Shown here piece by piece: positions 10,030 through 20,010 of a DNA stretch of 59,635 nucleotides. The position numbers and the translations under genes were made by a program. This DNA comes from Nitrososphaeraceae archaeon (GTDB taxonomy: Archaea > Thermoproteota > Nitrososphaeria > Nitrososphaerales > Nitrososphaeraceae), in contig DATEFQ010000119.1 of the NCBI GenBank assembly GCA_035280585.1, positions 1 to 59,635 on the forward strand, written 5' to 3'. Under the pieces are notes generated by a model that did not search any database, was not told where the DNA came from, and saw nothing but the letters and a program-made list of their open reading frames with translations. The first letter of the stretch is position 1; each line of letters opens with the position of its first letter.

Positions 10030-11504
10030 TTAATGAGAAGTTATGTCCTTCATAAAGTTACTCTGGTCAAGTTTGGAGAATTCTTTCAAATTTATCTTTG
10101 CTCCTTTAGACATTATTTCTTTAAGTTTCTTACCCGCAGTAGGTTCATTCCACCATTTCTCTCCGAATCTATCCATAAGAAATCTTTCCAACTCAGTAGC
10201 TCGTATGGCAGCTAACATGTAACTTGGAACATACATTATTGATTCCGGAAGAATGTGATGTAACATCCAATATTCTCCAAGCACTTCAAGACCCATATAC
10301 TTTTTGATCAAATTTTCATACAATCTACTTGTTTCATAGATTGAAAGGTTTCTGTTCCAAAATTCCATTTTCATTAATGAATTAGCAGCGTAAAAGACCA
10401 CAAAAAATAGCTCCATGAATTTGCTTTTCCAGACCAGTTCACTTAACACTTTATTATTTCTGATTCCAATTTCCTTCATGTATAACGGATTTCTTGTCAA
10501 TCTCTCTATTAGCATTGAAAATATTTCAGCAATACCCATTGAAAATTTGTATTTTTCCCAGTAGTTTAACTCCGGATTTATTGAAGCGGCGTGTATTGCA
10601 TGTCCAGTTTCATGATAGCAGCTTTGCAGATTAAAGTAAGGGCTTTCATTTTTGTACAAGACTCTAATATCGCCAGGAATTTTTACAAAAAAACAAATCG
10701 GTGATGGGTATTTATTTGGCCTGTCCGACGTATCAAAGTGAATTTTTGAAAAATCAAATCCAATCGATTCCAAAGTCCTCCTAACCGCAACGACTGGATT
10801 AATCTTGAAAAAGTATTTCTCGAATTTTCGGAAGATTCTGTTACGAAAAAAATAAAAATCATCAAAATATTCGGGATCCTTTCCGATAAGTTGATTTCCA
10901 CAATCAAGCTCACTCAGAAAGGATATTCTTGCCCGTTGTCCCATTTCTGAAACCAATGCCTTTAGCTGTTGGAAGGTTATGTTTTCACTTAATAGATATC
11001 CATCTAGTGGACTAAACCTACCCTTCGAATTTTCATTTATCTTGTCTGAAAAATTAGAATAAATTTCTTTAATTCTTTATAACGTAGATTGATTACAGGA
11101 GAAATATATCTTGTCTTTTTGATAAATTCGTCAAAAACGATTTTTCTTCTTTTGTTGTCATTTTCGCTGCTATTAAACTGTCTCCAATTATTCCAGTTCA
11201 GTATCTTTCCATTAAATTTGCAATATCGACTTTTTATCTTGGTGCCTCTCAAATCGCGCAGTTTCAATTCTAGGGATTTTGTTAAAGATTCAGATATGTT
11301 TTCTATTGAAGACAATAACAATATCCTTGGTTCAGAAAATGTCCTCAAGAATATTTTCGAAACCAAAAATTTCATTTTGGATATGTTTTGAATATTTTTT
11401 TTATCAAAATCATAACCTGCAAATTGTAAATATTGTTCATTGGTTTCGGCACTGTAGACAATTTCATCCATCTCGCACCATTCTTTTAGATTCACTAGAC
11501 TCAT
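10030..11504 (-). pseudogene. M3/gluzincin-like HExxH metallopeptidase split by a single frameshift (ORFs 11037-11504 and 10030-10956)
   Basis: HETGH plus a downstream AEIFS Glu ligand in the 3' ORF, whose frame is open up to 11076 and overlaps the 5' ORF by 40 nt; a -1 shift gives a continuous protein of about 490 aa. Confidence 0.7.
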
Positions 11505-11688
11505 TTGTTGTTCTAAAAGATATTTAAGTTGGCTAACTACCTCTACACAAAACTGAGTGGCTGAAACCTCGAGAGTGCATGATAGAAAAGAGTTCTAGAA
11601 CTATTTGTGAATATGTTTAGAAAATATTAGTAGTAGGTTATTCAAATATGACACTTTGATTTAACGCCTACTGATAACTCTAAATATT

Positions 11689-12345
11689 ATGACTAGCTTT
11701 TCAAACCAGTGGAATAAAGAGGCCAAAAAAGATCCCACAGAAAGAATCAGAGACAGTTTGAGAACACAAAAACCTCTAAAGCCTACTATGGAATCAGCAA
11801 AAAATAGACTTGGAATTCAAACCCAAAAATTGGATGCGCTTCTAGAAAAATTGAAATTAAAAGATAGAACCCTCTTTAATCAAATTGTTACTCATTTACA
11901 AAATCATGATGCTCAACAAAGCAAAATGCTTTCAAATGAACTGTCACAAGTTAGAAGAACAATCAAAACTATTTCACAATTAAAAATGTCGCTTGAACAG
12001 GTACATATGAGACTGGAGTCCACTATTGATATTGGCGATGCTCTTACTGCATTAAAACCAGCTGTTGGTACACTCTCAAAAGTAAAAACAGGACTAACAG
12101 GATTAATGCCTAATGTTGATTCGGAGTTGGGCGAAATAAATGATGTTTTTAGTGATATTATGGTAAATGCAAATAGCACTTCAGAAATAGGCTTTGCGTT
12201 AAACCCATCAGGAGGAGATATAAATAATATCCTTGCAGAAGCAAACGTAGTCGCAGAACAACGAGTTACTGATAATTTTCCGGATGCGCCTATCAGTGCT
12301 TTTAATCATAATTCTAGAACATCAATCGGAGAACACTCAGAATAA
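11689..12345 (+). CDS. ESCRT-III / Snf7 family protein (CdvB paralogue)
   Basis: Helical Snf7 core (NELSQVRR...SLEQVHMRLES, IGDALTAL, LMPNVDSEL), ILAEA..VAE and FPDAP C-terminal motif. Confidence 0.88.
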   Translation: MTSFSNQWNKEAKKDPTERIRDSLRTQKPLKPTMESAKNRLGIQTQKLDALLEKLKLKDRTLFNQIVTHLQNHDAQQSKMLSNELSQVRRTIKTISQLKMSLEQVHMRLESTIDIGDALTALKPAVGTLSKVKTGLTGLMPNVDSELGEINDVFSDIMVNANSTSEIGFALNPSGGDINNILAEANVVAEQRVTDNFPDAPISAFNHNSRTSIGEHSE

Positions 12346-12407
12346 CCACCCTTTTATTTTCCAATAAAATAATGCAATTATGCATAAAACGATAGGTAGA
12401 ATCAAAA

Positions 12408-12722
12408 CTGTCGCTTAGCAAAGGATCAATAATAATTTCGACATTTGAATCAAGAAGTTCTGCGAATAATATAGCAAAAGATGTGATTTCAAAAAGGCTG
12501 TGTGCATGTGTAAATATAATTAAAATAGACTCGTTCTACTATTGGCACAACAAGATACAACATGAAAATGAATATCTTTGTCTTTTTAAAACTGCTCTAC
12601 CTGCCAAGCTGCAAAAAGAGCTGAAAAGAATTCATCCGTATGAGGTACCCGAAATTGTTGAAATTAGAATGGATAATGTTGAAAAAGATTACCTCGAATG
12701 GCTAATCAACTCAGCTTCTTAA
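12408..12722 (+). CDS. cutA: Divalent-cation tolerance protein CutA
   Basis: RLCACVN, YYW, LFKT, IHPYEVPEI, YLEWL; the frame continues upstream (IIISTFESRSSANNIAK) to a stop at 12393; start uncertain (CTG 12408 proposed). Confidence 0.85.
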   Translation: MSLSKGSIIISTFESRSSANNIAKDVISKRLCACVNIIKIDSFYYWHNKIQHENEYLCLFKTALPAKLQKELKRIHPYEVPEIVEIRMDNVEKDYLEWLINSAS

Positions 12723-12740
12723 CGTATGACTATTTAGATG

Positions 12741-13808
12741 TCATCTTGTGGCATATCGAAGAAACCCTATGATTCCACCCAAAGAAGAAATTCGCAGTCC
12801 GATGTCAGTCGACGCGTCTACACCATATATTTTCCCCCCAATAGTTTCGGTCGAATTCAGTAAATCAATAAATTCATCTTCGTTGATCTTTTCCAATATA
12901 GAGTTAGAATAGATTAAACAATCTAACGATCTGTTAAGTACTGCATCTCGTACTTCATTAACCCCAATTGCATACTTGGATTCACCCTTGTGAATAAGAT
13001 AAATTAATTTGTCCAGTAGCGACGATACTATACCAATTTTACTGGTTTTTAATAACTCCTTTAGTGATGTTGAGCGTAGTGATACAAAAATACCATCTTC
13101 TCCTGCCACGTCTATCCCCTCTAAGATTGTAATATTTTCATTCATTTCCTTGGAAAGAAAGTTAAAGAACCTCTTTTTGGTTTCGCCAGGGCCGAATAAA
13201 ACAAGCATTTGTTTTTGAGTCTGCAAATTAGTTACGCTTTTAATTCCTCTAAGTATTTCATCAAAGAAATTGTCAATTTTTGGATTTACCGTTTTAGAAC
13301 CTTGAAATCTTTTTCCACTTTGACCTGAGTAGATATTTGGTAAGATTTTTACGTGTGTACCTGTTACCAATGCTATCGCGGCTTCCTGAATATCGATCGA
13401 AATTAACAGATAGATAGTATTATTACCAGAATTCTTTAATATATCCGATTGAATTTTTTTCCATTGTTTTTTCTCTAAAATAATCATATCATCTACTTTA
13501 ATTGAAATAGAATGATGAACGCCCTTTGGAACTAACTGATTGTCACTGTTTAATATTGTGCCCCCAATTCGTATTCTATCAACTGTTCCATCAAATTTGA
13601 TAGTTTCGATTCTTAGTAATATTCTTATTTTTACTCGTTCGCCCTTATCAGGTCTGGAAAATTCAGATCTCTGTTTAAGTGATCTTGTAGTGTCCGTGAT
13701 AATAGTGTCACTGATTTCGATTATTCTTCTTAATGTAAACAGATCGTCCAGATCTTCTGGAATGATTGCTTTTGATTTTTCTGAATGCTTTGAATCTCGT
13801 ACAATCAT
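12741..13808 (-). CDS. pelA: mRNA surveillance/ribosome rescue protein Pelota
   Basis: PEDLDDLFTL, DTTR, PKGVHHS, GPGETK, LGGIIGFLRY. Confidence 0.92.
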   Translation of the reverse strand: MIVRDSKHSEKSKAIIPEDLDDLFTLRRIIEISDTIITDTTRSLKQRSEFSRPDKGERVKIRILLRIETIKFDGTVDRIRIGGTILNSDNQLVPKGVHHSISIKVDDMIILEKKQWKKIQSDILKNSGNNTIYLLISIDIQEAAIALVTGTHVKILPNIYSGQSGKRFQGSKTVNPKIDNFFDEILRGIKSVTNLQTQKQMLVLFGPGETKKRFFNFLSKEMNENITILEGIDVAGEDGIFVSLRSTSLKELLKTSKIGIVSSLLDKLIYLIHKGESKYAIGVNEVRDAVLNRSLDCLIYSNSILEKINEDEFIDLLNSTETIGGKIYGVDASTDIGLRISSLGGIIGFLRYATR

Positions 13809-13846
13809 CTGAATTATTTTTCACAATATGTCTAGATCCAATCTCA

Positions 13847-14281
13847 TCAATTGGATTCTGTATTCAATTTCGACTGATTGTTATCTCCATTATTTTGTTT
13901 TGAAGACTCAAGATAACTGTTTACCCAGTCCTGGGTAATTACTTCTGATTCAACCAAATTCACTAATGCATTTGGTGAAGCTTCCCCAGTGACTTTTCCA
14001 TTTTTCCTCCTAGTTTGACGCCATTTAAGCTGAGTGTTTCCAGTTTTTGAAGAATAAATTATGCCCAATACTTCTTTGGCGTTCACAAAAGTCATTTCAC
14101 GAATCTTTTTAAGAGTCACCTTGTCTACTGCTTCAATGTATATTGCACCAGGGCCTTCTTCTCGTTCAGGAAATATTTCAAAGTCGTGCATGTAACTTTC
14201 CGGTATAAAAGATCTGCATGTACTTATTATAATAAACCTCCTAAAGCTCTCAAGTGAACAAGCAGCTTCGATGAGTACCAA
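13847..14281 (-). CDS. Conserved hypothetical protein
   Basis: 144-aa ORF co-oriented with pelota and trmB, globular composition; no motif recognised. Confidence 0.7.
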   Translation of the reverse strand: MVLIEAACSLESFRRFIIISTCRSFIPESYMHDFEIFPEREEGPGAIYIEAVDKVTLKKIREMTFVNAKEVLGIIYSSKTGNTQLKWRQTRRKNGKVTGEASPNALVNLVESEVITQDWVNSYLESSKQNNGDNNQSKLNTESN

Positions 14282-14552
14282 TATCTTGATAGGATTTGTT
14301 GCTATTTATCAAGTTTCTGACATTAATATCTGCAGCAATTTTTACTTTATCTATTATTTGCTATTGTACGATCCAAGTCGCTTAAAAATGAAAAGTGTCA
14401 GGACTTTGAGCGGACAAACTCCTAACTCAAGATCTACTTCATATTCACTTCAGTAGGGCTATTTCTTCATTGTTTGTCCTTTATTAATATCAATTAAGAC
14501 TCTTAAAAATTAGCTTGTAGTTGTAGACTCTGAGCTCCTGATGTATCAAGTT

Positions 14553-15320
14553 CTATTTTGAACTTGCATCTGCCCATAGATACCTAAAGTATTCTTTGGC
14601 AAATCCTGCCAATCCTATATGATCTGCCCAAATTGCTATTGGCTCTACAGAACCTCTTTCGTTTCTTCCACTACCTAGTAAAATCATAACCTGATTTATG
14701 TCGCCTATAACTCCGCCTCCAAACATGCTGTTCTTAACTCTAACTTCAGCAACTCTAGAAATGGCGAGTATTGCCTCCTGACTTGTGTTATCCGAAACAA
14801 GGACTGCAATTTTTACACCTTTCTCCGATAGGGTTCTCAAAGTAGCTTGAACCAGTCCGACGATATTTTCTGCACCTTGAGGTAACGCGAGGAGCAATTC
14901 CTTCTTGCAATTTTGAATTATTTCTTGAACCTTATTGGCGATATTAAATAAACCCATTACGACCCATATTTCTGGCCTTTCCTTAATACCTGTTTTTTCG
15001 TAAATAGGCATTAGTTCCTGAATTATTAGCTCGTTGTTGGAATCCATCTTTTTTTCTATTAAAGTTCTAGTAGTTTCTGTGGCGGTTTGGGGTGAATTCG
15101 GAAAGAATTTCTGTGGCCTTGAGCTGTTAGATTCAATCCACCCTCTATCTTCTAATGAATTTAAAACTTCGTATATCTTTGAATAAGGTACACTCGATTT
15201 TTTACTTATCACAGAAGCTGTCATCGAACCATTTTCGAGTAGACAAATGTAGACTTTTATTTCATAGCTTCCTAAACCTATTTCTTCCATTGCTTTCTTG
15301 GTCTTGTCAGATAAACTCAT
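14553..15320 (-). CDS. TrmB family transcriptional regulator
   Basis: GLGSYEIKVY, SSVPYSKIYEVLNSLEDRGWI, SRPQKF wHTH plus PLD-like effector domain; start moved to MSLSDK. Confidence 0.9.
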   Translation of the reverse strand: MSLSDKTKKAMEEIGLGSYEIKVYICLLENGSMTASVISKKSSVPYSKIYEVLNSLEDRGWIESNSSRPQKFFPNSPQTATETTRTLIEKKMDSNNELIIQELMPIYEKTGIKERPEIWVVMGLFNIANKVQEIIQNCKKELLLALPQGAENIVGLVQATLRTLSEKGVKIAVLVSDNTSQEAILAISRVAEVRVKNSMFGGGVIGDINQVMILLGSGRNERGSVEPIAIWADHIGLAGFAKEYFRYLWADASSK

Positions 15321-15474
15321 AATAATGGTTAAGCTGGATAACAAAACATAGTATATATCTTAGATGTGGAACTTGCTATACACCTATAAGCAAACTAATC
15401 ACCATATTATTAGTTACATTATATTTATATAGTAAAAGAGCCGAATCGTCATGAATAACCTAGGTGAATATTAA

Positions 15475-17190
15475 GTGGAATTAATACAAATATCCAATCG
15501 TACGGTAAGCAAAGTTAACACAGATAAGAGAACAATTCGATTTACTCAAAGTATATGCCCTGACTGTAACATGATTCTTGATGCCGAAGTTTTTGAAAGA
15601 GAAGGTAAGGTCTTCATGTCCAAAACATGTCCAACACACGGTGAGTGTGAAGAATTGTATTTTGGTTCATATAAAATGTACAATAAATTCAGCACATACT
15701 GGATGGATGGAAAAGGTGCCCATGCACCCAATGTTATGGTAGATAAATGTGCCTGCCCTACTAATTGTGGATTATGTACAAATCATCTGTCGCATTCCGG
15801 CCTTGCTAATATGATTGTCACCAATAGATGTGATCTCACGTGCTGGTACTGTTTCTTTTATGTTAAAAAGGGATTAGAAGGCGCTTATTTGTATGAACCT
15901 AACCATGAACAAGTTAGAGCTATGATGAAAACTCTAAAGGCAGAAAAGCCAATCGCCGGAAATTCGATTCAAATTACTGGCGGCGAACCAATGTTAAGAG
16001 ACGATATCAGTGATATCATTAGGATCATGAAAGAGGAGGGCGTGGATCATGTTCAAATGAATACTAACGGTATCAAATTGGCACTTTCTCCAGAAACAAT
16101 GCGTCAAGTAAGAAATGCGGGTGTGAGCAATCTATACCTGTCATTTGATGGAGTAACTCCTAGAACAAATCCAAAGAATCACTGGGAAGTTCCATACGCC
16201 CTAGAATCTGCAAGAAAATGTGGAACTACTGTAGTGTTCGTGCCAACTGTAATAAAATCAATCAATGATCATGAATTAGGTCCAATTATAAGATATGCAC
16301 AAAAACATCTCGACGTAGTTCATGCAGTAAACTTCCAACCTGTTTCATTAACTGGTAGAATGGGCAAAAAAGAACGAGAGAAATATAGGATTACTATACC
16401 AGATTGTATAGAAAGGATACAAGAACAAACTAACGGAGAAATTTCCATGGATGACTGGTTCCCAGTTCCATCATGCATGCCGCTAACAAATGTTATTGAA
16501 GCATTTAGCAAAAAACCAAAATACGAACTATCCATCCATTTTGCTTGCGGTGCTGGAACCTACGTATTTGAGGACACTCAAACTAAGAAGTTAATTCCGC
16601 TAACCTCATTTGTTGACCTCAAAGGTGTCCTGGAATATTTTGAAGAAAAGGCCGAGGAAATTAAATCGGGTGCAAACAGGTATTGGACAATGTTACAGGT
16701 TGTTAGGAAATTAAATCAATTCGTAGATAGAAACAAACAGCCTCATGGGCTAAATCTTGCAAAGATGTTCTCTAGCATATTACTGAAACATAATTTTGAC
16801 TCAGTAGGTTCATGGCATGTTCGTTCACTCTTCTTGGGAATGATGCACTTCCAAGATAAATATAATGAAGACCTTGAGAGACTACAGAGATGTGATATTC
16901 ATTATTTGACCCCTGACTTGCGAATTATTCCATTCTGTGCATTTAATGTAATTCCAGAATGGTATCGAGATAGAATCCAAAAGAAATACAGCATTCCAGT
17001 TGAGGAATGGGAAAAAGCACATGGACAAACGCTTGAAGCTGGTTTGTATCGTGGAATCATGAGAAGGGGCAAACCCGAGGCACAAATGGGATGTGCAATG
17101 TCTGAAATGCACAAGGAAGCTGCAGAGTCAATGGCAGCCAACGACGACCACAAGGCTGTTGAATTGAGAAACGGAATGGCTGGCGCCTAG
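15475..17190 (+). CDS. tes: Tetraether lipid synthase (GDGT macrocyclase; radical SAM, MJ0619 family)
   Basis: N-terminal SICPDC...CPTHG, CPTNCGLC, VTNRCDLTCWYCF, TGGEP, NFQPVS, HFACG, MHFQDKYNEDLERLQRCDIHY, IIPFCAFN. Confidence 0.88.
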   Translation: MELIQISNRTVSKVNTDKRTIRFTQSICPDCNMILDAEVFEREGKVFMSKTCPTHGECEELYFGSYKMYNKFSTYWMDGKGAHAPNVMVDKCACPTNCGLCTNHLSHSGLANMIVTNRCDLTCWYCFFYVKKGLEGAYLYEPNHEQVRAMMKTLKAEKPIAGNSIQITGGEPMLRDDISDIIRIMKEEGVDHVQMNTNGIKLALSPETMRQVRNAGVSNLYLSFDGVTPRTNPKNHWEVPYALESARKCGTTVVFVPTVIKSINDHELGPIIRYAQKHLDVVHAVNFQPVSLTGRMGKKEREKYRITIPDCIERIQEQTNGEISMDDWFPVPSCMPLTNVIEAFSKKPKYELSIHFACGAGTYVFEDTQTKKLIPLTSFVDLKGVLEYFEEKAEEIKSGANRYWTMLQVVRKLNQFVDRNKQPHGLNLAKMFSSILLKHNFDSVGSWHVRSLFLGMMHFQDKYNEDLERLQRCDIHYLTPDLRIIPFCAFNVIPEWYRDRIQKKYSIPVEEWEKAHGQTLEAGLYRGIMRRGKPEAQMGCAMSEMHKEAAESMAANDDHKAVELRNGMAGA

Positions 17191-17317
17191 TATCAAAACC
17201 TGAAAATCTCTAAATCTCTTAATTTTTGTGCATTTATTCATAGTAATCACGGAATTTGGGCAGCGTTTGGCGAAACTAGAATAAGATTTAATTAAACGTA
17301 CTAGTTCCATTTTTTTA

Positions 17318-18178
17318 ATGTCTAATATGAAGTATATTCAGCTTGAACCACAAGGAGAAATAGCTTTACTGCGAATTAATAGGCCCGAAGCACTCAATGC
17401 AATGAATATTGATGTCATATCGGAGCTTTCTCGAACGGTAGATATAGTGGGAGCAGACGAAAGTATCAAAGTTGTAATAATAACAGGTACTGGAGATAAA
17501 TCCTTCTGCGCCGGTGCAGATATATCATATATGGTGAACATAGATCCAATATCTGCGGAAAAATATGCATCATCAGCACAATCAGTCTTGAACAAGATCG
17601 AACGGTTGGAAAAACCAGTTATAGCTGCTGTGAATGGATACGCACTCGGAGGTGGTTGTGAATTAGCCATGGTTTGCGATATTAGAGTCGCATCAAGTAA
17701 TGCAAAATTAGGGCAACCAGAAGTTACAATAGGAATTCCTCCAGGATGGGGAGGTACACAAAGGCTCATGAGATTAGTTGGTCCAGCAAAAGCTAAGGAA
17801 TTAGTTTTTACCGGTAAGATGGTTTCGGCGCAAGAAGCACTTCAATTGGGACTGGTAAACAGCGTGATTGAGTTATCTACTGATGATAATATACCCCCTG
17901 AGGTTCCTAAGGATGATAGGGAAAAAGAGAAGGAACGAAATAGGCAGGTAGCAAAACTTCTTAACAATAAACTTATGGATGCGTGTGTAGATTTAGCCAA
18001 GCAAATTGCAAAAAATAGTTATAATGCTGTAAAGGTCAGTAAAATGTTGATAAATAGGGGTATGGATGCAGATCTGAATACGGGGCTTAGATTAGAAATC
18101 TATGGTTGGTCTCTGTGTTTTGCGCATGAGGATAGACAAAAAATGATGTCTGAATTTCTAAATAAGAGCAAGAAGTAA
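17318..18178 (+). CDS. Enoyl-CoA hydratase/crotonase (probable crotonyl-CoA hydratase / 3-hydroxypropionyl-CoA dehydratase of the 3HP/4HB cycle)
   Basis: NRPEALNA, FCAGADI, NGYALGGGCELA, GQPEVTIGIPPGWGGTQRL; pathway role inferred from the thaumarchaeal context. Confidence 0.85.
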   Translation: MSNMKYIQLEPQGEIALLRINRPEALNAMNIDVISELSRTVDIVGADESIKVVIITGTGDKSFCAGADISYMVNIDPISAEKYASSAQSVLNKIERLEKPVIAAVNGYALGGGCELAMVCDIRVASSNAKLGQPEVTIGIPPGWGGTQRLMRLVGPAKAKELVFTGKMVSAQEALQLGLVNSVIELSTDDNIPPEVPKDDREKEKERNRQVAKLLNNKLMDACVDLAKQIAKNSYNAVKVSKMLINRGMDADLNTGLRLEIYGWSLCFAHEDRQKMMSEFLNKSKK

Positions 18179-18210
18179 TATCACTTCTTTAACCTCAACT
18201 TTATTTGAAA

Positions 18211-19170
18211 TCAATATTTTGAAGTAACTCTAGCCGGACTACTGGGTCGACAGACATAGGAACTACTTTCAACTCTAGATTCAGCAAATCCCTCTTCCAT
18301 CGAATGACCTATTTTACTTGCTTTTTTAGCAGAATTTGTGAACGCAATCATCGACGGTCCAGCACCGCTTATAGTAACTGCCAATGCACCGGACTGGTAT
18401 GCATTTAATTTCACATTGTCATATCCGGGAATAAGGTCCTTTCTGGCTGGTTCTACTATAATATCATTTATACCGGTTGCTAGAAGTTTGGTATCCTGGA
18501 GGAAAAAGCCGCTAACCATAATACAAGCATTTGCCAAATTTTTTGTAAGGTCTTTGATTGTTATCTCTTTTGGTATCACACTTCGTGCCAATTTTGTTTT
18601 CCTAGCTGGTGTTATTATTTTAGGAACGCAAACTACAACCATAAGATCTTTTGGTGTGTTTATTTTAACAAAATTAAGTGTGGGAAAAGTTCGTACAATA
18701 ACGAATCCTCCAAATAGTGAAGCAACAACATTATCATAGTGTTTTACACCAGCACTACTAACTTCCCCTTCTGCTGCATAATCTAATATTTCGTTGTCCG
18801 TTAATTTGCATTGAAAAAGTTCGTTAAATGCTATAACTGCGGCTGCGCTCGATGCAGCGCTACTTCCTAAACCCAAGCCTATCGGTACACCCTTGGTGAT
18901 TCTAATCTCAAGATCATTCCTAATTTTGAATTTTTGAGCGATTTTCATCACAGAAAGACTTGCAGAATTTTGTTTAACCGAGGAAGGAATACTTACATTC
19001 TTATCTAATGTGATTTTTATTTTTCCATTCTTTGTTACTAACTTATGAATGGATACGGTATCATAAAAAACATCAAGTCCAAGTCCAAAGACATCAAAGC
19101 CAGGGCCTAGATTGGCAGTTGATGATGATGCCGCTGCTTTACAAAATTCTAATGTTTCTTTCTTTTTCAA
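18211..19170 (-). CDS. thrB: Homoserine kinase
   Basis: SSTANLGPGFD, PIGLGLGSSAAS, HYDNV, ISGAGPS. Confidence 0.94.
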   Translation of the reverse strand: MKKKETLEFCKAAASSSTANLGPGFDVFGLGLDVFYDTVSIHKLVTKNGKIKITLDKNVSIPSSVKQNSASLSVMKIAQKFKIRNDLEIRITKGVPIGLGLGSSAASSAAAVIAFNELFQCKLTDNEILDYAAEGEVSSAGVKHYDNVVASLFGGFVIVRTFPTLNFVKINTPKDLMVVVCVPKIITPARKTKLARSVIPKEITIKDLTKNLANACIMVSGFFLQDTKLLATGINDIIVEPARKDLIPGYDNVKLNAYQSGALAVTISGAGPSMIAFTNSAKKASKIGHSMEEGFAESRVESSSYVCRPSSPARVTSKY

Positions 19171-19172
19171 CT

Positions 19173-19946
19173 CTACTCTCCTTTTTCTTCGCCTAAATTA
19201 AGCACCCTTGATAGTGCTGCAGTTAGATTTACCATCCCGCTCATTGTTAAACTTGACACGAGAATTGGAGCTTGCATGAGTTTGTTTTTAAACAAAGCGT
19301 TTAGTAGATCCTTACTCAGAATTGAATATTCAATATTCTTTTCATTTTGCAATGAATCTTCCAGAGATGATTTAGAAGACCATTTAATTATTTCCTGCAG
19401 CTTATCAATTACTAGATCTCTTTTTGTCATGACATCAATCTGTGATATATTCAAACGAAGTCTCACTGAAGTTGCCATCAATGCAATTGAAATGAAATTC
19501 ATTGGACTAGACGAGGCAAGAATGCCATCAAAAGTAAATATGTTAATCTTATTGTCAGATTGAAAATTCGAGACAAAAAATGGACCACTTGCCCTGAATA
19601 TAAACAGTTCAATCTGACCAGGAGTATCTACAACCACAAAATCTGGGTTTAGACTAAAAACCTCATCTTGTATTTCATCTAATTTTGTGGCTATCAAATC
19701 TGAGGCCATTATAAGGGCGCCATTTGGCCCTAAGTCATGTTGAGACATAATCGTGCCTATGTCAATATAATTTCTTACGTCAACATCTGGTTCGTAAGGT
19801 AGTGAAATGACACCTGGATCAAGATTTAGAGAAATGGCATAGAAATTATTATCCTTGTACCATTGGACTAGTTTCGATGTGAGAAGTGACTTGCCTGAGC
19901 CAGCTGTCCCAGTAATAAAAATAGTTTCCAAATATACTTCAAACAT
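19173..19946 (-). CDS. GPN-loop GTPase
   Basis: GTAGSGKS, NLDPG, LGPNGA, DTPGQIE; start trimmed to ATG 19946 because the longer ORF is the antisense shadow of 20011-21060. Confidence 0.9.
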   Translation of the reverse strand: MFEVYLETIFITGTAGSGKSLLTSKLVQWYKDNNFYAISLNLDPGVISLPYEPDVDVRNYIDIGTIMSQHDLGPNGALIMASDLIATKLDEIQDEVFSLNPDFVVVDTPGQIELFIFRASGPFFVSNFQSDNKINIFTFDGILASSSPMNFISIALMATSVRLRLNISQIDVMTKRDLVIDKLQEIIKWSSKSSLEDSLQNEKNIEYSILSKDLLNALFKNKLMQAPILVSSLTMSGMVNLTAALSRVLNLGEEKGE

Positions 19947-20010
19947 TGAAGTGAATATATTAATTCTATTAATTATTATATGACTGATATCTATTTTGCA
20001 TTGATTTATT

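Noticed and set aside
15475-17190. Intein, or MoaA/GDGT ring synthase identity, for the radical SAM gene
   Set aside because: No intein motifs or excess length; no B12-binding domain (so not Grs); the Cys motifs match Tes
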